Assembly (NCBI GenBank): GCA_964016885.1
Contig: OZ024740.1
Span: 88,970,001 to 89,034,000, forward strand
Direction of reading: 5' to 3'
Source: Eledone cirrhosa
Lineage: Eukaryota
Length of the DNA stretch: 64,000 nt
Part shown: positions 28,620 to 41,892 of the stretch, piece after piece
How positions within the stretch are numbered: position 1 is the first letter of the stretch
Layout of the letters: every line of letters begins with the position of its first letter
Program-made: the position numbers and the translations under genes
Notes under the pieces: model-generated
What the model was told of the DNA's origin: nothing
The model's database searches: none
The model's input: only the letters and a program-made list of their open reading frames with translations

Positions 28620-28895
28620 ATGTTGATGGAAGTGGGGCGCATTGTCCAATAAAACGGGTCTACTCTGTGTATGCATCAGTAGATTGGAGGAGGAAAGCTT
28701 TGATGTTGCACTTTCCCTAGAGCTGAGAGTGGCCCTGGCATTTTGTGGGTTTGTTCTCTATTTATTTTTTTACATATTTGTTGTCTCTGTTATCGTGCGA
28801 TATACACGAAAAACTTCCCATTGTATTGTCCTCTCCTGTTCTTAATATTTTGTTCATGTCCAAGCTCAGAAGCTAATAAAGCGATCATTATTATT
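28620..28895 (+). mobile_element. Old Tx1-family 3' end remnant
   Basis: Resembles the 3' UTR of the Tx1 copies (tacacg...cccattgta.tgtcct...aataaag..atcattattatt). Confidence 0.5.
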
Positions 28896-28898
28896 CTT

Positions 28899-29005
28899 CA
28901 CTCAAATCCCGCCGAGTTCAAATCCCGCGGGGTCGATAAAATAAAGTACCAGTAATGTACTGGGTAATTGATGGCCTTGTGCCAAAAGGAGAAACAATTA
29001 TTATT
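28899..29005 (+). mobile_element. Truncated SINE with target-site duplication
   Basis: SINE body flanked by direct repeat attattattcttcactca. Confidence 0.75.
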
Positions 29006-29049
29006 CTTCACTCAGCTTCTAACGCTGGAGATGTATTACAGTGTTAACT

Positions 29050-30400
29050 GTTCACTACCAGTGAACTGAGGTAGCAATCCTTTTTTTTTGCGAGTAACCT
29101 GCAGAGTATTTGAGCTGGTCCAAGCAATGCTGTTTTGTGTATGCGTCCCATCCGTATTGCAATCCCTATTCGTTTAATCTTCTTTTCAAGACCTTTAATA
29201 ACTGTCCCCAAGACTCCAACTATTATTGGTATTACACATTTTTCAGTGACCACAACTGCTTCACCTCCCAAGCTAATCTGTCATATCTATCAACTTTTCT
29301 TCCTTCTTTATCGTATACATTGTTATCAGATTGACAGGCTTGTCTATGATCGAACACTGTTTGCTTTTTTTCTCAAATAATATATCTGGTCTGATATGCT
29401 CAATCTGATGGTCTCACTATATCAAAGTCCTACAGGATTGTGCATCGTTATATTCGATAGCGCCCTCAGAATTACGTTCGTACAAATGTTCTGCTCTACC
29501 AAGTGCATATTTGCTATAAATTCCCAATGGACTATTCTTGCTATGTTGTTGTGACGTCTCTTACATCCTTTCTGAGTTAGTGGTGTACATTGACTGATAA
29601 TATGCCATTCTGTATCTTCATTCATGCCACAATTTCTAAAACATCACTTTCTGCTGAGTGGTCTACTGTATGCTTAATGTAGTTAGATCTTAGTGCTTGT
29701 TCTTGAGCAGCCAAGATTAAAGCTTTTCTCTCCGGTTTTAGATCACTTTTAGCCATCCATAACCCCCTTTTCCCTGTCGAACCTATCTTCAGCAAATCTA
29801 TAGAATTGTCAATACATTCTTTTTTCTGTCCATCTACTTTCAGTTTCATCCATCTCCAAATGCTTGTACTGTGTTTTTTTCTTTACAAGCTTCTATATTG
29901 CATATCCCTGACCTTCTTCCAACAACAGCGGTTCTGTGGATGTTTTATCTACCACACCATGTTATTTATTTTCTTCTGCTCAATGCTTTATTTGCATTGT
30001 CCATTAGTCCTTTTCATCCTCTTTTTCTTACATATAATCTGTACCTGTCGCTGTTTAGGTTAATACCCATATATTGTCAGTATCTTTCTTGATTTCAGTC
30101 TAAACTGTTTAGCTCTTCCACTGTGGTCAATATCACTGCATGTCTAAGGAGTGATACAGCCCATATATTGATAGCTTCCATCTTATTCCGTTCGTTCAGT
30201 TTCGACTTAAGAATAAGTCTCACTCAGCGCACGTATTCCACCTTAAACCTTCTTTCATTTCCTTCTGCATTATCTTATCAACTTCCAACATCCCTTCTAT
30301 TTGCTTCATAACGTTTCCTGATGGCAGCACCAGACGCTCAATACTTTTAATTCTTTTTAATCCGAAATTCATTCGGTTGTCAACACTAAATGTATACCCC
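29050..30400 (-). mobile_element. Decayed R4/Dong-type LINE (RT end, CCHC region, REL endonuclease)
   Basis: Fragments LILAAQEQALRSNYIKHTVD, HIISQCTPL...RRHNNIARIVHWE, VIPIIVGVLGTV. Confidence 0.8.
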
Positions 30401-30499
30401 GTTTCATGTATAATATCTACTACATGTGTTGCGTTATAATAATGAGGTTTGTAGATTATGAATTATTTATTTGGTTTTGTTAAAATGTCGTAATTCAAT

Positions 30500-32200
30500 A
30501 ATTTATTAGAATATGCTCCTATTATTTTATGGGAAGAGTTTATTATAGCCTAGCTTTGTAAGTTTCACGAAGCTTAAGTTTCGTATCGTATACTTATATT
30601 TCTATAGAAATGAAAATATTAAATGGAAACTACAAATTTATTGGAAATAGCCTATATATCCTAAAGAAATCAACAAGAAAATTGGACATTCATTTTAATT
30701 TACTTCTTGAGCCTGATGCGGAGAAACTAACGGTTGAATATCTAATCCGATATTCATAAGGAACAAAGGAATATCTCTGTAGCTACAATATGATTTATAA
30801 CACTAAAACCTGATTCTATAACATATGAAGTAGTCATAGATAGCAGTTAATGAAATATCAAGTCCATATAGTTGAACATAAAACAGCCATATTGTTTTCC
30901 TCCTCATATGTCGATTCGTACTTTCTTCATGTGTAGGTTCTAAGCGTTTACATTTACATGTAAACTCAACAGAAACATGATTTGCATTAAACGTATTTAT
31001 CACCCATTCAAACGTTGAAGTTCAAAATGTCAAAAGATTATTTCTTCCTTCCTAAATTAAGTTCGTTGAGATGACTACGGGATATCTCAATCTTCTTTGG
31101 GGTTATAGAAACCAAAATTGAGAAGACTTCTTCAAACAATTGACATTCATACTTCAGGATAATATGACGCAAAATATCAATTTGTTCATTGAATAATGAA
31201 ACATTTTTTCCACATATAAGTGTCATGTTTGATCATCGAAGCTGCATATTAATTTCAATAACTTTATTTAAAATGTCAGCCAAATAAAGTACCATGCATT
31301 ATTATTTTCAATGTTGATAGAAAGCCAAGCCATATTTTCAAAAATACTCATGACATTGTTATATAATGTGAGACATCTTTTCAAACATGCACCGTCTCAG
31401 ATTGCTGCTACGATCTTCATTAAAACTTGCACATTAGTATCCTCGCAAAGATTTTGAAACTTCCTATAGTTTCCTAACATGACCAACGAAATTGTTCAAT
31501 GCTATAATAATTTTTGCAAACGTTGACTTCACAGCCGTAAATATTGAAAATATTTTTATCTCTAAATAGATTGTAAAAGGAATAGCTTTTTGTCTTACAA
31601 ATCAATGTCTTAAATAATATGTTCATCCAACAGTAGATTATAATGAATTTTAGTGAACAGTTATACGTATACTTTTCCGTTAGACCACATTTCGTCAAGC
31701 CGTAGCTTTGTTTGCGTTATCATTAATGGGAAATGCTATAATAACTTCAGTTGTCTCCTGATTCCTTAGATCTGTGATGAATTCTATGATACCAGGTGAT
31801 ATAAACGTTTCACTACCATTAAGGTTTTGCAATAAACCACCATGCACGATAAACTACAGTTTATCAATTTCATTCTTTGTTTTTATTTCTTGGATACTAT
31901 AGTTATTCTACAATGGTTTCTAAATCTTTTCATGCAGTTCCTGAAGATATTCAAATACGTAATAAAACAGATCTTCAGAGTTCTCTACATTCCATTAAGT
32001 AAGCTCAAGTTTGGATTTTGTACAATATTTAGTGTTATAAAGTGTCAAAACGTCTCGAGAAGATTAAACAGTAATTTAATCGAGAAATCAAATATGTAGA
32101 CTTACTGAACAGTGGAAAACTATTACCGTATCATTATACAACGGGCAGCATCGAAAACGTATAGATAACATGTTGCTATCTATGTATAGACTCCTCACCA
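30500..32200 (-). mobile_element. Possible highly decayed DNA transposase (piggyBac-like)
   Basis: Only faint similarity (RRKTIWLF...LDISLTAIY resembling the piggyBac C-terminal block); no termini found. Confidence 0.22.
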
Positions 32201-33611
32201 TCAACAGATATCTGCTTCACAACTGGAATCTCAAATCACCCTTTAGTTTGCGGTACTGTCTACGTAAACGCACGTTAGAATTAGCTTTGTAGTGTTATAT
32301 TGTTTTATTATGAATCCGTAGAAGAGGTATTTTAAAGGTTGTGTTATATATGGAATGGATATTTATAAGTTATCTTCTGAGAATGTACTTCTTGATTAGT
32401 GCAGCCGGATTGGGTTTAGGCTGTGTCTCTCACCGGTATAGATTGGACTGAATGTAAAATATTGGGCCCTGGTATGTACTTATATAATATTGAATATATC
32501 TTTTAGAATATCAATTTCTCGAATCGTTATGGGATCCATTTTCTTTGAATGCCTCTTATTCTGCTTATTTCAGATGTTAAGATGTGTATTAGAATACAGA
32601 AAGTTACTTTTTATTTCGTATTATATTTAAATAGTTTGCCTTTATCTTCTTGTCACGCATAGCAGGCAGATCATGGATGACTGTTACTAACTGTTGTCAT
32701 ATGCTACACAAAGCACATTTTTACATTGCTTTCTCTCCGTTTTGCGTCGAAGTTTTGTCATACTACCTACTACATAAGGCATTCGACTCAATCATGTTTT
32801 TCTGTATCATATCTGCTTGTTTAATTTCCCCAATGTAATTAGTGTCCATTGAGCATATTATTATTGAAATAACAGCATTGATATCCTTCATTTTATCTTT
32901 CTTTTTTTTTGTATTAACTTCGTTAATAATATAAATGTATAATATTCAAAGCCACTATAAGATTTAATCAAACATAGTTTTCTGTATTATGTATGTTGTA
33001 TTCTATCTATATCATTAATTCTTAAGCATTTCTAAATCTCTGTTTGGTTTTACATTCTTATCTCTTCTTCCTCACATGACATGGTATTAGTGTTTTTAAT
33101 TAATTTTACTCTCTTCGATTTTGAATTGGTGCAGTTTTTGCAGCTTCATTTCTATCTTAGATATTTACTTTTTCACATTTCCAGTTTCTGTCTATTTGTT
33201 CTCTTATACACTTTCTCATTTTGCCTCTGTCTTTGTTCTTTTATACATTGGTTTCCTTGACGATAGGAAACAGTTTTTCTTGCTTTGTTTGTGTTTTGTA
33301 ACTAATTGTATTACATCATCATTATTCTTTACAAGATACATTTATAGTCCTACTTCAGATATTTTATAATCGTTTTCTAGTTACATTAAGCGCTATTTCA
33401 CTGTGTTTCCTAGTAATTATAATCTTTCTATGTCATATTTTTCTGTGTAATCTTCCGAATTCATTTAAAGTCCATTAAGAATATTATTCTTGAAAGAACA
33501 ACAGCATCAATGCGTATTATCCTATGTTTAGGAATTTATTTATTTCTTCTCTTTAGCTCGGTTTTAAGTATTAATGTAATGCCACTATAATATACGATAC
33601 TGAATGTCTTC

Positions 33612-33650
<39 letters not shown>

Positions 33651-33653
<3 letters not shown>

Positions 33654-35440
33654 GATAACAAAATATCGTTAGAGGTAATCCAGTTAGAGGTTGTGAATAC
33701 TTCTTATTATGGATGGCTTTAGCGTACTCAAAATGAGGTTTACGTAGATGGCGAGTTTATGATTTCATTGTATTCCTATATAAGTTTATCTTGGAGTAAT
33801 AAAATTGAAAAAGTGAAGAATAACATGGTCAACAGTACAAAAAAGGGATTTATTTACAGTCGCACAATTGTTTCGCTGATTAAATTGTCTAAAAATTGCT
33901 GAACACTAGAAGCAGTGCTACTCAATTTCAAATACGATGTTAGCTTAATCAGATCATCAGAGAAAACTACAAAAAATCTAGCCGGTAAATTTACAAATTC
34001 AAATTACAGCATCATTAATAATAATAATAATAAAGATAGAGAGAGAAAAAAAAAGTGTGATATGTTAAAAGAAAGAAAGATATATAGAGAAAAAAAGACA
34101 TAGAGAAAGGAGGATAGAAAGAGGAGAGAAAGGGATAAAGGAGAAATAATGGTAGAGAAAAAGAAAAATTAAGGGAAAATAATGATATCAACAATAAATG
34201 AATAAATGTTAATACATGAATAAATGTAAATAAATAAATAAACAAGTTACATCGAGGATGATACAAAATAATACAACATATGAAAATAAATAAGTAAAAA
34301 TGTGCGAAGAAATTTAAATATTATTGAAAGATTATTGAAAGTGGTTATTGAGAGTGGCTAAAATATAAAGAGATACGAAGGTATAAACATGATAATGTTA
34401 AATATATTTATGTGTGTATTAGTTATTTTAATAAATTAATTATATAATTAATAAATTATTTGATTAATCAGTTGTAAGTTATATTAAAAGTGAAAATGAT
34501 ATGATAAGATAAAACAAGATAAAATGCCAGAGATGAAATAAATTTAGGGAGAGATATAAAAAGATAGAAAGTGAAAGATAGAGATATATAAAATAAGAAT
34601 GTAAAATATAAGAGGTTATGATCTTGGTTCATTGATAGATGATGACAATTATAATAATAATGATGATAATTGGATATTATAATAGATCTAACTGGTACAA
34701 TTTGTGCTCTAATTTTAACTTCTAATATAACTTAGAACTAATTAATCAAATAATTAATTAATTTATTAAAATAACCATTACACACATAAATATATTTAAC
34801 ATTATCATGTTTATACCTTCGTATCTCTCTATATTTTAACCACTCTCAATAACCACTTTCAATAATCTTAATGTTTATATTTCTTCGCACATTTTTACTT
34901 ATTTATTTTGACATTTTGTAATATTTTGTATCATCCTCGATGTAACTTGTTTATTTATTTATTTAAATTTATTCATGTATTAACATTTATTCATTTATTG
35001 TTGATATCATTATTTTCCCTCTATTTTTCTTTTTCTCTACCATTATTTCTCCTTTATCCCTTTCTCTCCTCTTTCTCTCCTCCTTTCTCTATGTCTTTTT
35101 TTTTCTCTATATCTTTCTCTGTTTTCCTTTCTCCTTTTTCTTTTTCCTTTTTTCTTTTTCACTCTTTCTTTTATCTATCTCTCTTTCTTTTTTCCTACCT
35201 CTATCTTTATTATTAATATTATTAATGATGCTGTAATTTGAATTTGTAAATTTACCGGGTATATGTTTTATAGTTGCCTCTGATGATCTGATTAAGAAGC
35301 TAACATCGTATTTGAAATTGAGTAGCACTCTTTCTAGTGTTCAGCAATTTTTAGACAAATTAATCAGCGAAACAATTGTTAGACTGTAAATAAATCCCTC
35401 TTTTGTACTGTTGACCATGTTATTCTTCACTTTTTCAATT
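33651..35440. mobile_element. Non-coding Penelope-like inverted pLTR structure (~700-bp arms 33803-34498 / 34712-35440)
   Basis: Long imperfect inverted repeat bounded by (TA)n on both sides; each arm carries a CTGATGA...GAAA hammerhead-like core. Confidence 0.65.
35268..35389 (+). ncRNA. Hammerhead-like motif with long stem II
   Basis: ttatagt(tgc)ct-CTGATGA-t-ctgattaa...ttaatcag-c-GAAA-caattg-TT-agactgtaa. Confidence 0.45.
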
Positions 35441-35655
35441 ATATATATATATATATATATACATATTGAATTCGATCCACATTTTTAGTTCCTCAGTATT
35501 ACTGAATCTCTCCTTGATATAACACTATTATCAATGTTATTTTAACAGATATAGTGTTGAGAATTTTAATTAAGTTTCATCTCTACAATGTTAACTTGAC
35601 GCATTTCGAAAAGGCAACGTTCAACTGATTCAAACACCATAGAATACTATAACGA

Positions 35656-35846
<191 letters not shown>

Positions 35847-36407
35847 GATCCACTGGCACCTATGCAAAGTAAACAATTTACCACATTCTGAGAAGTGGTA
35901 TGAGCATAAGCCAGAGTCGGTGATAGAAAACGATCAGGTGAAGGTGCTGTGGGATTTTAGGATACAGACGGACAAGAAACTGGAACACAATAGACCTGAC
36001 CTGGTGGTTTTGGACAAGGAAAAAAGATCGTGCCTGATTGTGGATGTGGCCTGCCCATTCGACACGAGAGTGCAAGAGAAGGATAGGGAGAAAATTAACC
36101 GATACCAGGACTTAAAGAGGGAGGTAAAAGGGATTTGGAACTGCCATGAAGTCAAAGTGGTCCCGATTGTCATAGGCGCACTAGGTACTATCTCAAAAAG
36201 TTTCCAGGGATGGTTAAAGAAAATTGGCCCCGCTACGCTTTTTGGAACGCTTCAAAAGGCATGCTTGCTGGGAACAGCAAGAACCCTCCGATACGTCCTG
36301 AATATCTGAGGCTGCAGGTAGTGGCTTGATATTCATTTCAACAAACTTTCCAGTTAACTAACATCAATGACTGAGACTCAAAGAACAATAATAATAATAA
36401 TAATAAT
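35847..36407 (+). mobile_element. 5'-truncated R4/Dong-type LINE: REL endonuclease domain, 3' UTR, (TAA)n tail
   Basis: Open frame LWDFRIQTD...RPDLVV...IVDVACPFD...EKINRYQDL...VPIVIGALG (PD-(D/E)xK REL domain), stop at 36309. Confidence 0.9.
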
Positions 36408-36657
36408 GATTTCTTTCTTAACCACAAGGGTTTACATAAAGTAGACATTAAGGACAGTGCAGAACAATACAGGGCGGTACAAATGGGCATTTCTGCGTGT
36501 AAAAAACAAAAACAGAGGATGTAACAAAAAATAACAATGAAAAATTCCCCAATAGGGGGCAGACTTCGGAGGGACATTTGTGGAGAAAGCCCAGTAAAAG
36601 GCCACAGTGACCCTGACCACCAAGGCAAGTGCCCTCTCCCAGTTTTCCACCTTTAAT

Positions 36658-39487
36658 TTACAGATATATACTCAGAGTAGGCCCATTCACTCGGGCCATT
36701 CTTGCTTCTCTCACCCATCTTTCAACAAAATGCTGGGAAGATAGCACTTCCCTCTCTACTCTGATTTTCCTTTTCAAATGATATTTGAAAAAGTCAATCA
36801 GAGCATCACCGAAGAGGTAAGTGCTCGTTTTCAGCCCTTTCAAACGTGTCCACCATACTATCTCTTTCGCCATGGCCACCAGACAGATAAAAACTGCCTG
36901 CCCTTCCCGGCTAAAGGAGGAGAGCGGGGCAATCCTCACGATGGACTCAGATGATAGCCGGATCAGTCCTACACGCGACAGCAGGTGTTCGACATAAACC
37001 CACAAGTCAGCAATTTTCGGCCACTGGACGAGTGCGTGCAGGACGGTTTCGTCGCCCTGCGCGCATCTCGGACATGCCCGGCTGACGGCACCTCCATGCC
37101 TGTAGAGTTTATACCGAACTGGCAAGGCTCCTCGGTAGCACTGCCAGGCCAGAGATTTCTGGAAGTTGTCCATAGGCCCTGGCCCGAAAGTTCTTCCGAA
37201 GAGATTGGCTAGTTGATTTTCGTCGACGCCTAGAGTTTCCCCAAGTACGTCGTCGCTCTTCCCCTCCACTAATCCTTTATAGAACACCGAGGTGGAGTTT
37301 CCACCTATCACATTGCCCGATTGGTCGAGGGCTGTGAGTGCCTGAAGACATTCCAGTCTCCAGGCGCTCCCTCTTGGTCTCCGCTTGACCCAGGACTGCA
37401 GCACCGTCAAGGAAACGAGCTGGGGAAATACGTGTCTAGCAAACGGCGACCACACCTGCTCACCGTCGAGGAAGAGGTGGAGATCTCGTAGCCTGAGCGC
37501 GTACCTGCGCATCATCAGCCACGACATGCCCAGCCCTCCACGTAGCGGGTGTTGACAACAGATGGACCGCCTGACCATCGGAGCGCGTCACTTCCACAAA
37601 AAGCGAAAGAGCAAACGCTCCAGCGCAGTCAGGCGAGGCTTAGGACAAGGTACGACAGTCAGGCGGTAGCAGATGACAGATGCGATGTACGCGTTAGCCA
37701 CCTCCGTTCGACCTTTCAGGGATAGCTTCCTTTCCGCCCATTTCCGGGTGAGAGAAGCCACCCTGCTCGTCACCTCGTCCCAGTTTTTGTTCGTCTGGAG
37801 GTCCGGACCAAACCAGACCCCTAGTAATTTGACGGTCCGTCCGTCCAGCGTCCGGTGACGCTGTTGGACGTGCCTCTCCAGGTGCCGAGCTGCAGGCCCA
37901 CTGACTTTTCCTGGTTGATCATTGCTCCTGTCACCGCTTCGTATTCTCTTAGTGTAGTGTCGATCGCCTCGATGTGTTTGGCGTTCGACACCACTACGGT
38001 GACATCATCCGCATATGCTGACACGGATCTTCCGCATCCTAGTTGGCGCGGGACGCCCGTCAACATCTCCAGTTTGTGCAGTAATGACTCGAGATTCAAT
38101 ACGTACAAGAGGGACGAGAGGGGACATCCTTGGCGGACTGAGCGCATGATGTTGAACGGTTCCGACCGGTGACCATTCACTCTCACCACAGAGCAGATGT
38201 CGCTGTGCATGGCAGCGATCCAGCGATCCAGACTAAAGTCCATCCCTCGACCCGGCCCACCGCTGCCCCCGAACAGCTAAGCGAAGTATCGATGAAAAGC
38301 TTCACACATTTGCCCGGGATCGAGTAGCATGCGCCCGTCGTGGTCAACCAAAGACCGGATCGTGGCTTTGTTGCCACGACGCGCCTCCGCCACTCGGGCC
38401 CATTGAACGGCTTTCGTCCCCTCGTGTTTGAGAGCAAGCACCCTTGCTCTGACAATGCAGCCTTCATGCTTTGCATTGAAGAATTGGTCAAGGGCCAATT
38501 TCGCCGCAAGCACGTCGGTCGCAATGCCTTTGCTAAGCGCCTCGTCTAATGTTCTAACAGTTCTCCCTCTGCTCTATTTTTCTCTATTGCTAAAGCCTTA
38601 CTAAACCTAATCGATTCTATTCTAATCGCTCTTTTCAGAGCAAACCACCACTTGTTGTTGATGATGGCCCTCGTCAACGGCGGCTTAACTAGTTCGCTAA
38701 TCCGATCTCTGTAGGCCTTGCGCGCTGGTAAGGACGCGTTTAGCTTCCAGTAGCCGGTACCTCGTCTATGAAGCCTATCTAAATCAAGCACACAGATCAC
38801 GAATTTGTGGTCCGTGTAGCTGACTATCTTGAATTGTGGACAGCTTATGCTAGACCTATCTATTTCCCTACAAAATACTCTATCCAGATATGATCTGGAT
38901 GAACCTATGCGATTTGTTCAAGTCCACATTGGCACATTCGGGAAATCCAATCGGTACCTGTCAGACAGTTCAAAACGCCTGAGCTGGTTGGTGAGGCTCT
39001 TGCACCCTCCACCCCTATCCGCTAATCCCACACAGTCCCAGCGTGCATCTAAGATCCCGTTCCAGTCGCCCACTGACACTAAAGATCGGGACGTTCCAAG
39101 AAAGGTCTCCAGACGTCGGAAGAAATCAGGCCGCCCTGCTCCTGTCGGGGCATAGACGGCCACTAGCCTGAAAGCTTGCCCGTCTTGTCTGGTCACGTCC
39201 AGCACCACCAGCTTACCCTCTGGGTCCAGGAAGATGGCCCGTATGGCGAGATCCAAACCTCTCCGAAAAAGCACAGCAACTCCTCCCCCCGATCCAGGCC
39301 GGCTGGGAGATGCGTACACATCGTAGCCGCCGAAGATCGGTGCGAAGGCCCGTGCTTCGGAGATTCTGGTCTCGCTGATGGCCACTACATCTATGTTTAG
39401 TGACCTGAGGGCGTTGAGCAGGTGACCCTGCTTCCATGACGACCCCAAGCCACGCGCATTTATGCTGCCTATTCTGAGTGAGGTCAT
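36658..39487 (-). pseudogene. Tx1 ORF2 (APE endonuclease, RT, C-terminal zinc-binding motif), disrupted
   Basis: SINARGL, ISET, VYAP, GDWN, YLDRVF; RQGCPLS, AYADDV; CPRC...H motif. Confidence 0.9.
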
Positions 39488-39522
39488 GTTTAAAATAGAG
39501 TGGAAAAGATTGGAAAGACCAC

Positions 39523-41400
39523 TTACCGTACTTTTCGTAGAGGAGGGATGGTTTTTCCATCCCTTTTCACTTGATCGTCTGGTGAAGGGACCGTTGAATC
39601 GTCCCTTCGGCTGGTAGTCGGCTCTTCTATGAGTATGTCCGAATATACTCTTCGGTTGATAATGCCTCCTAGGTCTCTGAAATCACCAACTGCGTTGGGG
39701 AATTTCGTTTTAAGGTTTGTGTATTGTTTCTGTGCTATTTTTATCATTCTTATGTTAGTTGGCGTTTTGATTGGTGCTGGTATTATGTAGTCGTGTTGTG
39801 AAATGTCTGTGTGTTCAATTATGTAAGTCATTAGTTTCTTGTTGTGTGTATTTATTGCCGTGCATTTGTTTTTCTGGGGGTGGGGTGTGGTTCTGCTATT
39901 TTCTTGTCGTTGTTGCTGGGTGTGTGTGTTTTGTTGTTGTGTTTGCGATGTTGGTGCTTGTGGTAGTGGTGTTGAAGGTGTTGTTGGCGGTGGGGTTGTC
40001 ACCGGTGGTGATGGTGGTGCTAGTGTGGGTGGTGATGGTGTTGGTGGTGTTGCTGCTGTGAGTCTCTTTGCAGTAGACTTTACCCTTTTTTCATTTCTTT
40101 CCTCCCTTTTAAAAGGCGACGATGCGCTGCTTCTGCGTTTGTGCTTTCTTACGACCTTTTGCCATCCCTCTCCCACCTCACACTCCATGTCTGATTCTGT
40201 GAGGTCGGGGAGGGGTACCAGCTCCACTCTTTCACTTGTTGTTGTTGGTGATGTTTGCAGTGGAGTCTCTGTTGGAGCTGCATTTGGTATTGCTGTTGTT
40301 GTTGTTAATACTTCCACTGCTGCTGCTGTTTTTGATTTCCGTGGCGTGGGTATGGGTGCCATGGACCTATCGTTCCTGGTTGCCGCTTGTCCTGTTGCTG
40401 GTAGCCGTGGAGCCGCTTTTCGGAAGGAGGGGGATTTTCTCCTTTCTCAGGGTCTTCTCGTTGCAGAAGTCGCTGAGGTGATTCTTCGATCCACAGCGAA
40501 AGCATTTCGGGCGTTTGCCCTCAACACTTATGGGCAGTTGAGTGCCGTTATCCAAGTCTATCACATCCGGGATAGCTTCGATGCACTCCTGGTTGGTTTG
40601 GATTAACATCTCAATGGAGGTGCCGAACCAATCTTCTCTTACTTTTGTCTGTACTTGCAGTACAGTTGTTTTGTCCTCGATTCCGACGAGGACAGACGTG
40701 GCCAGCCAAGAAGGGGCCACCCCCGGGGGGGGGGGGGGGCAGTTTGACCCTCACAATTTTTTGCCCGCAGTAGGAGGGCACCAACACCATTTCCTCGCTC
40801 CTTAGGGTCACTACGGATTGAGCCTTTGCCTCCTGGGGTGTGGCAAAAAGTAAGTCTACGGTGGCATATTTCTTGCCTCGGTTGATGTGCCTTTTCCGGT
40901 TTCACACAGACCCCAAGGCTTTTTGTATTTGAGCCTCTGTGGCTCTTTCAACCCTACAGGATTTTGTACTTACTGTACGGTACGTGACCGTACAGTGCTC
41001 TTGCGTTTCGAAAAATTTTTCCGCTGCCTTGCGGATTGCTCGGTGTCCAGTTTTTGTCACCATCTTCTTCGCTTCCACTAATTCCTCATTTGTTATGAGG
41101 ATTGTTTCCACGTTCTTCGCGAAACCTGCAAACGAGATTGGTATTTCTTTGCTGCTGGTGTTGTTGTTGTTGTCGTCAGAGCTGCTGTTACTTTTGTTGC
41201 TGCTGCAGGTACTACGACTACTGCCGCCGCCGCTGTTGCTGTGGTTGTTGTTGTTGCTGCTGCTAATGCTGTTGTTGTTTATGCTGCTGCTGATGCTGTT
41301 GCGGCTGCTACTGTTGTTTTCATTGTCACTGTTGCTGTTGTTATTACGGCTGCTACTGCTATTATTCCTGACGTCAGACGAATGAAATGGGTTTTCGCAT
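39523..41400 (-). pseudogene. Tx1 ORF1 (gag-like, CCHC zinc knuckle), frameshifted
   Basis: CFRCGSKNHLSDFC knuckle (~40500); N/S-rich N-terminus and P/T/Q-rich C-terminal half; stop 35 nt before the ORF2 ATG; start position uncertain. Confidence 0.75.
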
Positions 41401-41892
41401 TTCCCGCACACCTGTTTCGTCGTTGTCGTCGTCGTGGAGAAATATTGCACGCTTTGCACGAGACTTTTCTTTTCTGTCGTCGCTTGTGAAAGAGAAGGAA
41501 AACGAGAGAGACACATTTAAAGAAGGGAGGGAGAGAGACGATCTTCTCTCAGCTGTAGTGACAATTGAGGAAGAAGAAGACGGAATGAGTGAGAGTGACC
41601 TATGAACATTCTTTTTCGTAACCATGTTGTTTTTTTTGTTTAAAATGTATATTGGGCACAAAACCCCAATAAGCAGTTATTTAACCCCGAAGGGCCAAAT
41701 AACGGGCAGAAAGGCCACTCTCACGAGGAGGAGGGTGTTTTTGTCTACAAGCTGGTTAAAGTTTTAAACAATTTACAATTGTTATAGCGTTCAAAATTTA
41801 CAATACCTTACAGAGCCGAGCCTCCGTCAACCATAGCATTCAATAATAATAATAATAATACTATTACAAATCACGTGAAGCAACAGAATAAT

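Larger units (their letters stand above)
36408..41841 (-). mobile_element. Tx1/L1-clade LINE copy A (both ends present, internal RT deletion)
   Basis: 5' UTR, ORF1, ORF2 and 3' UTR; (ATT)n on both flanks; ~600 bp of RT missing at ~38235 relative to copy D. Confidence 0.9.

Noticed and set aside
39771-41489. Long plus-strand ORFs rich in V/L/G
   Set aside because: Antisense shadows of low-complexity Tx1 ORF1.
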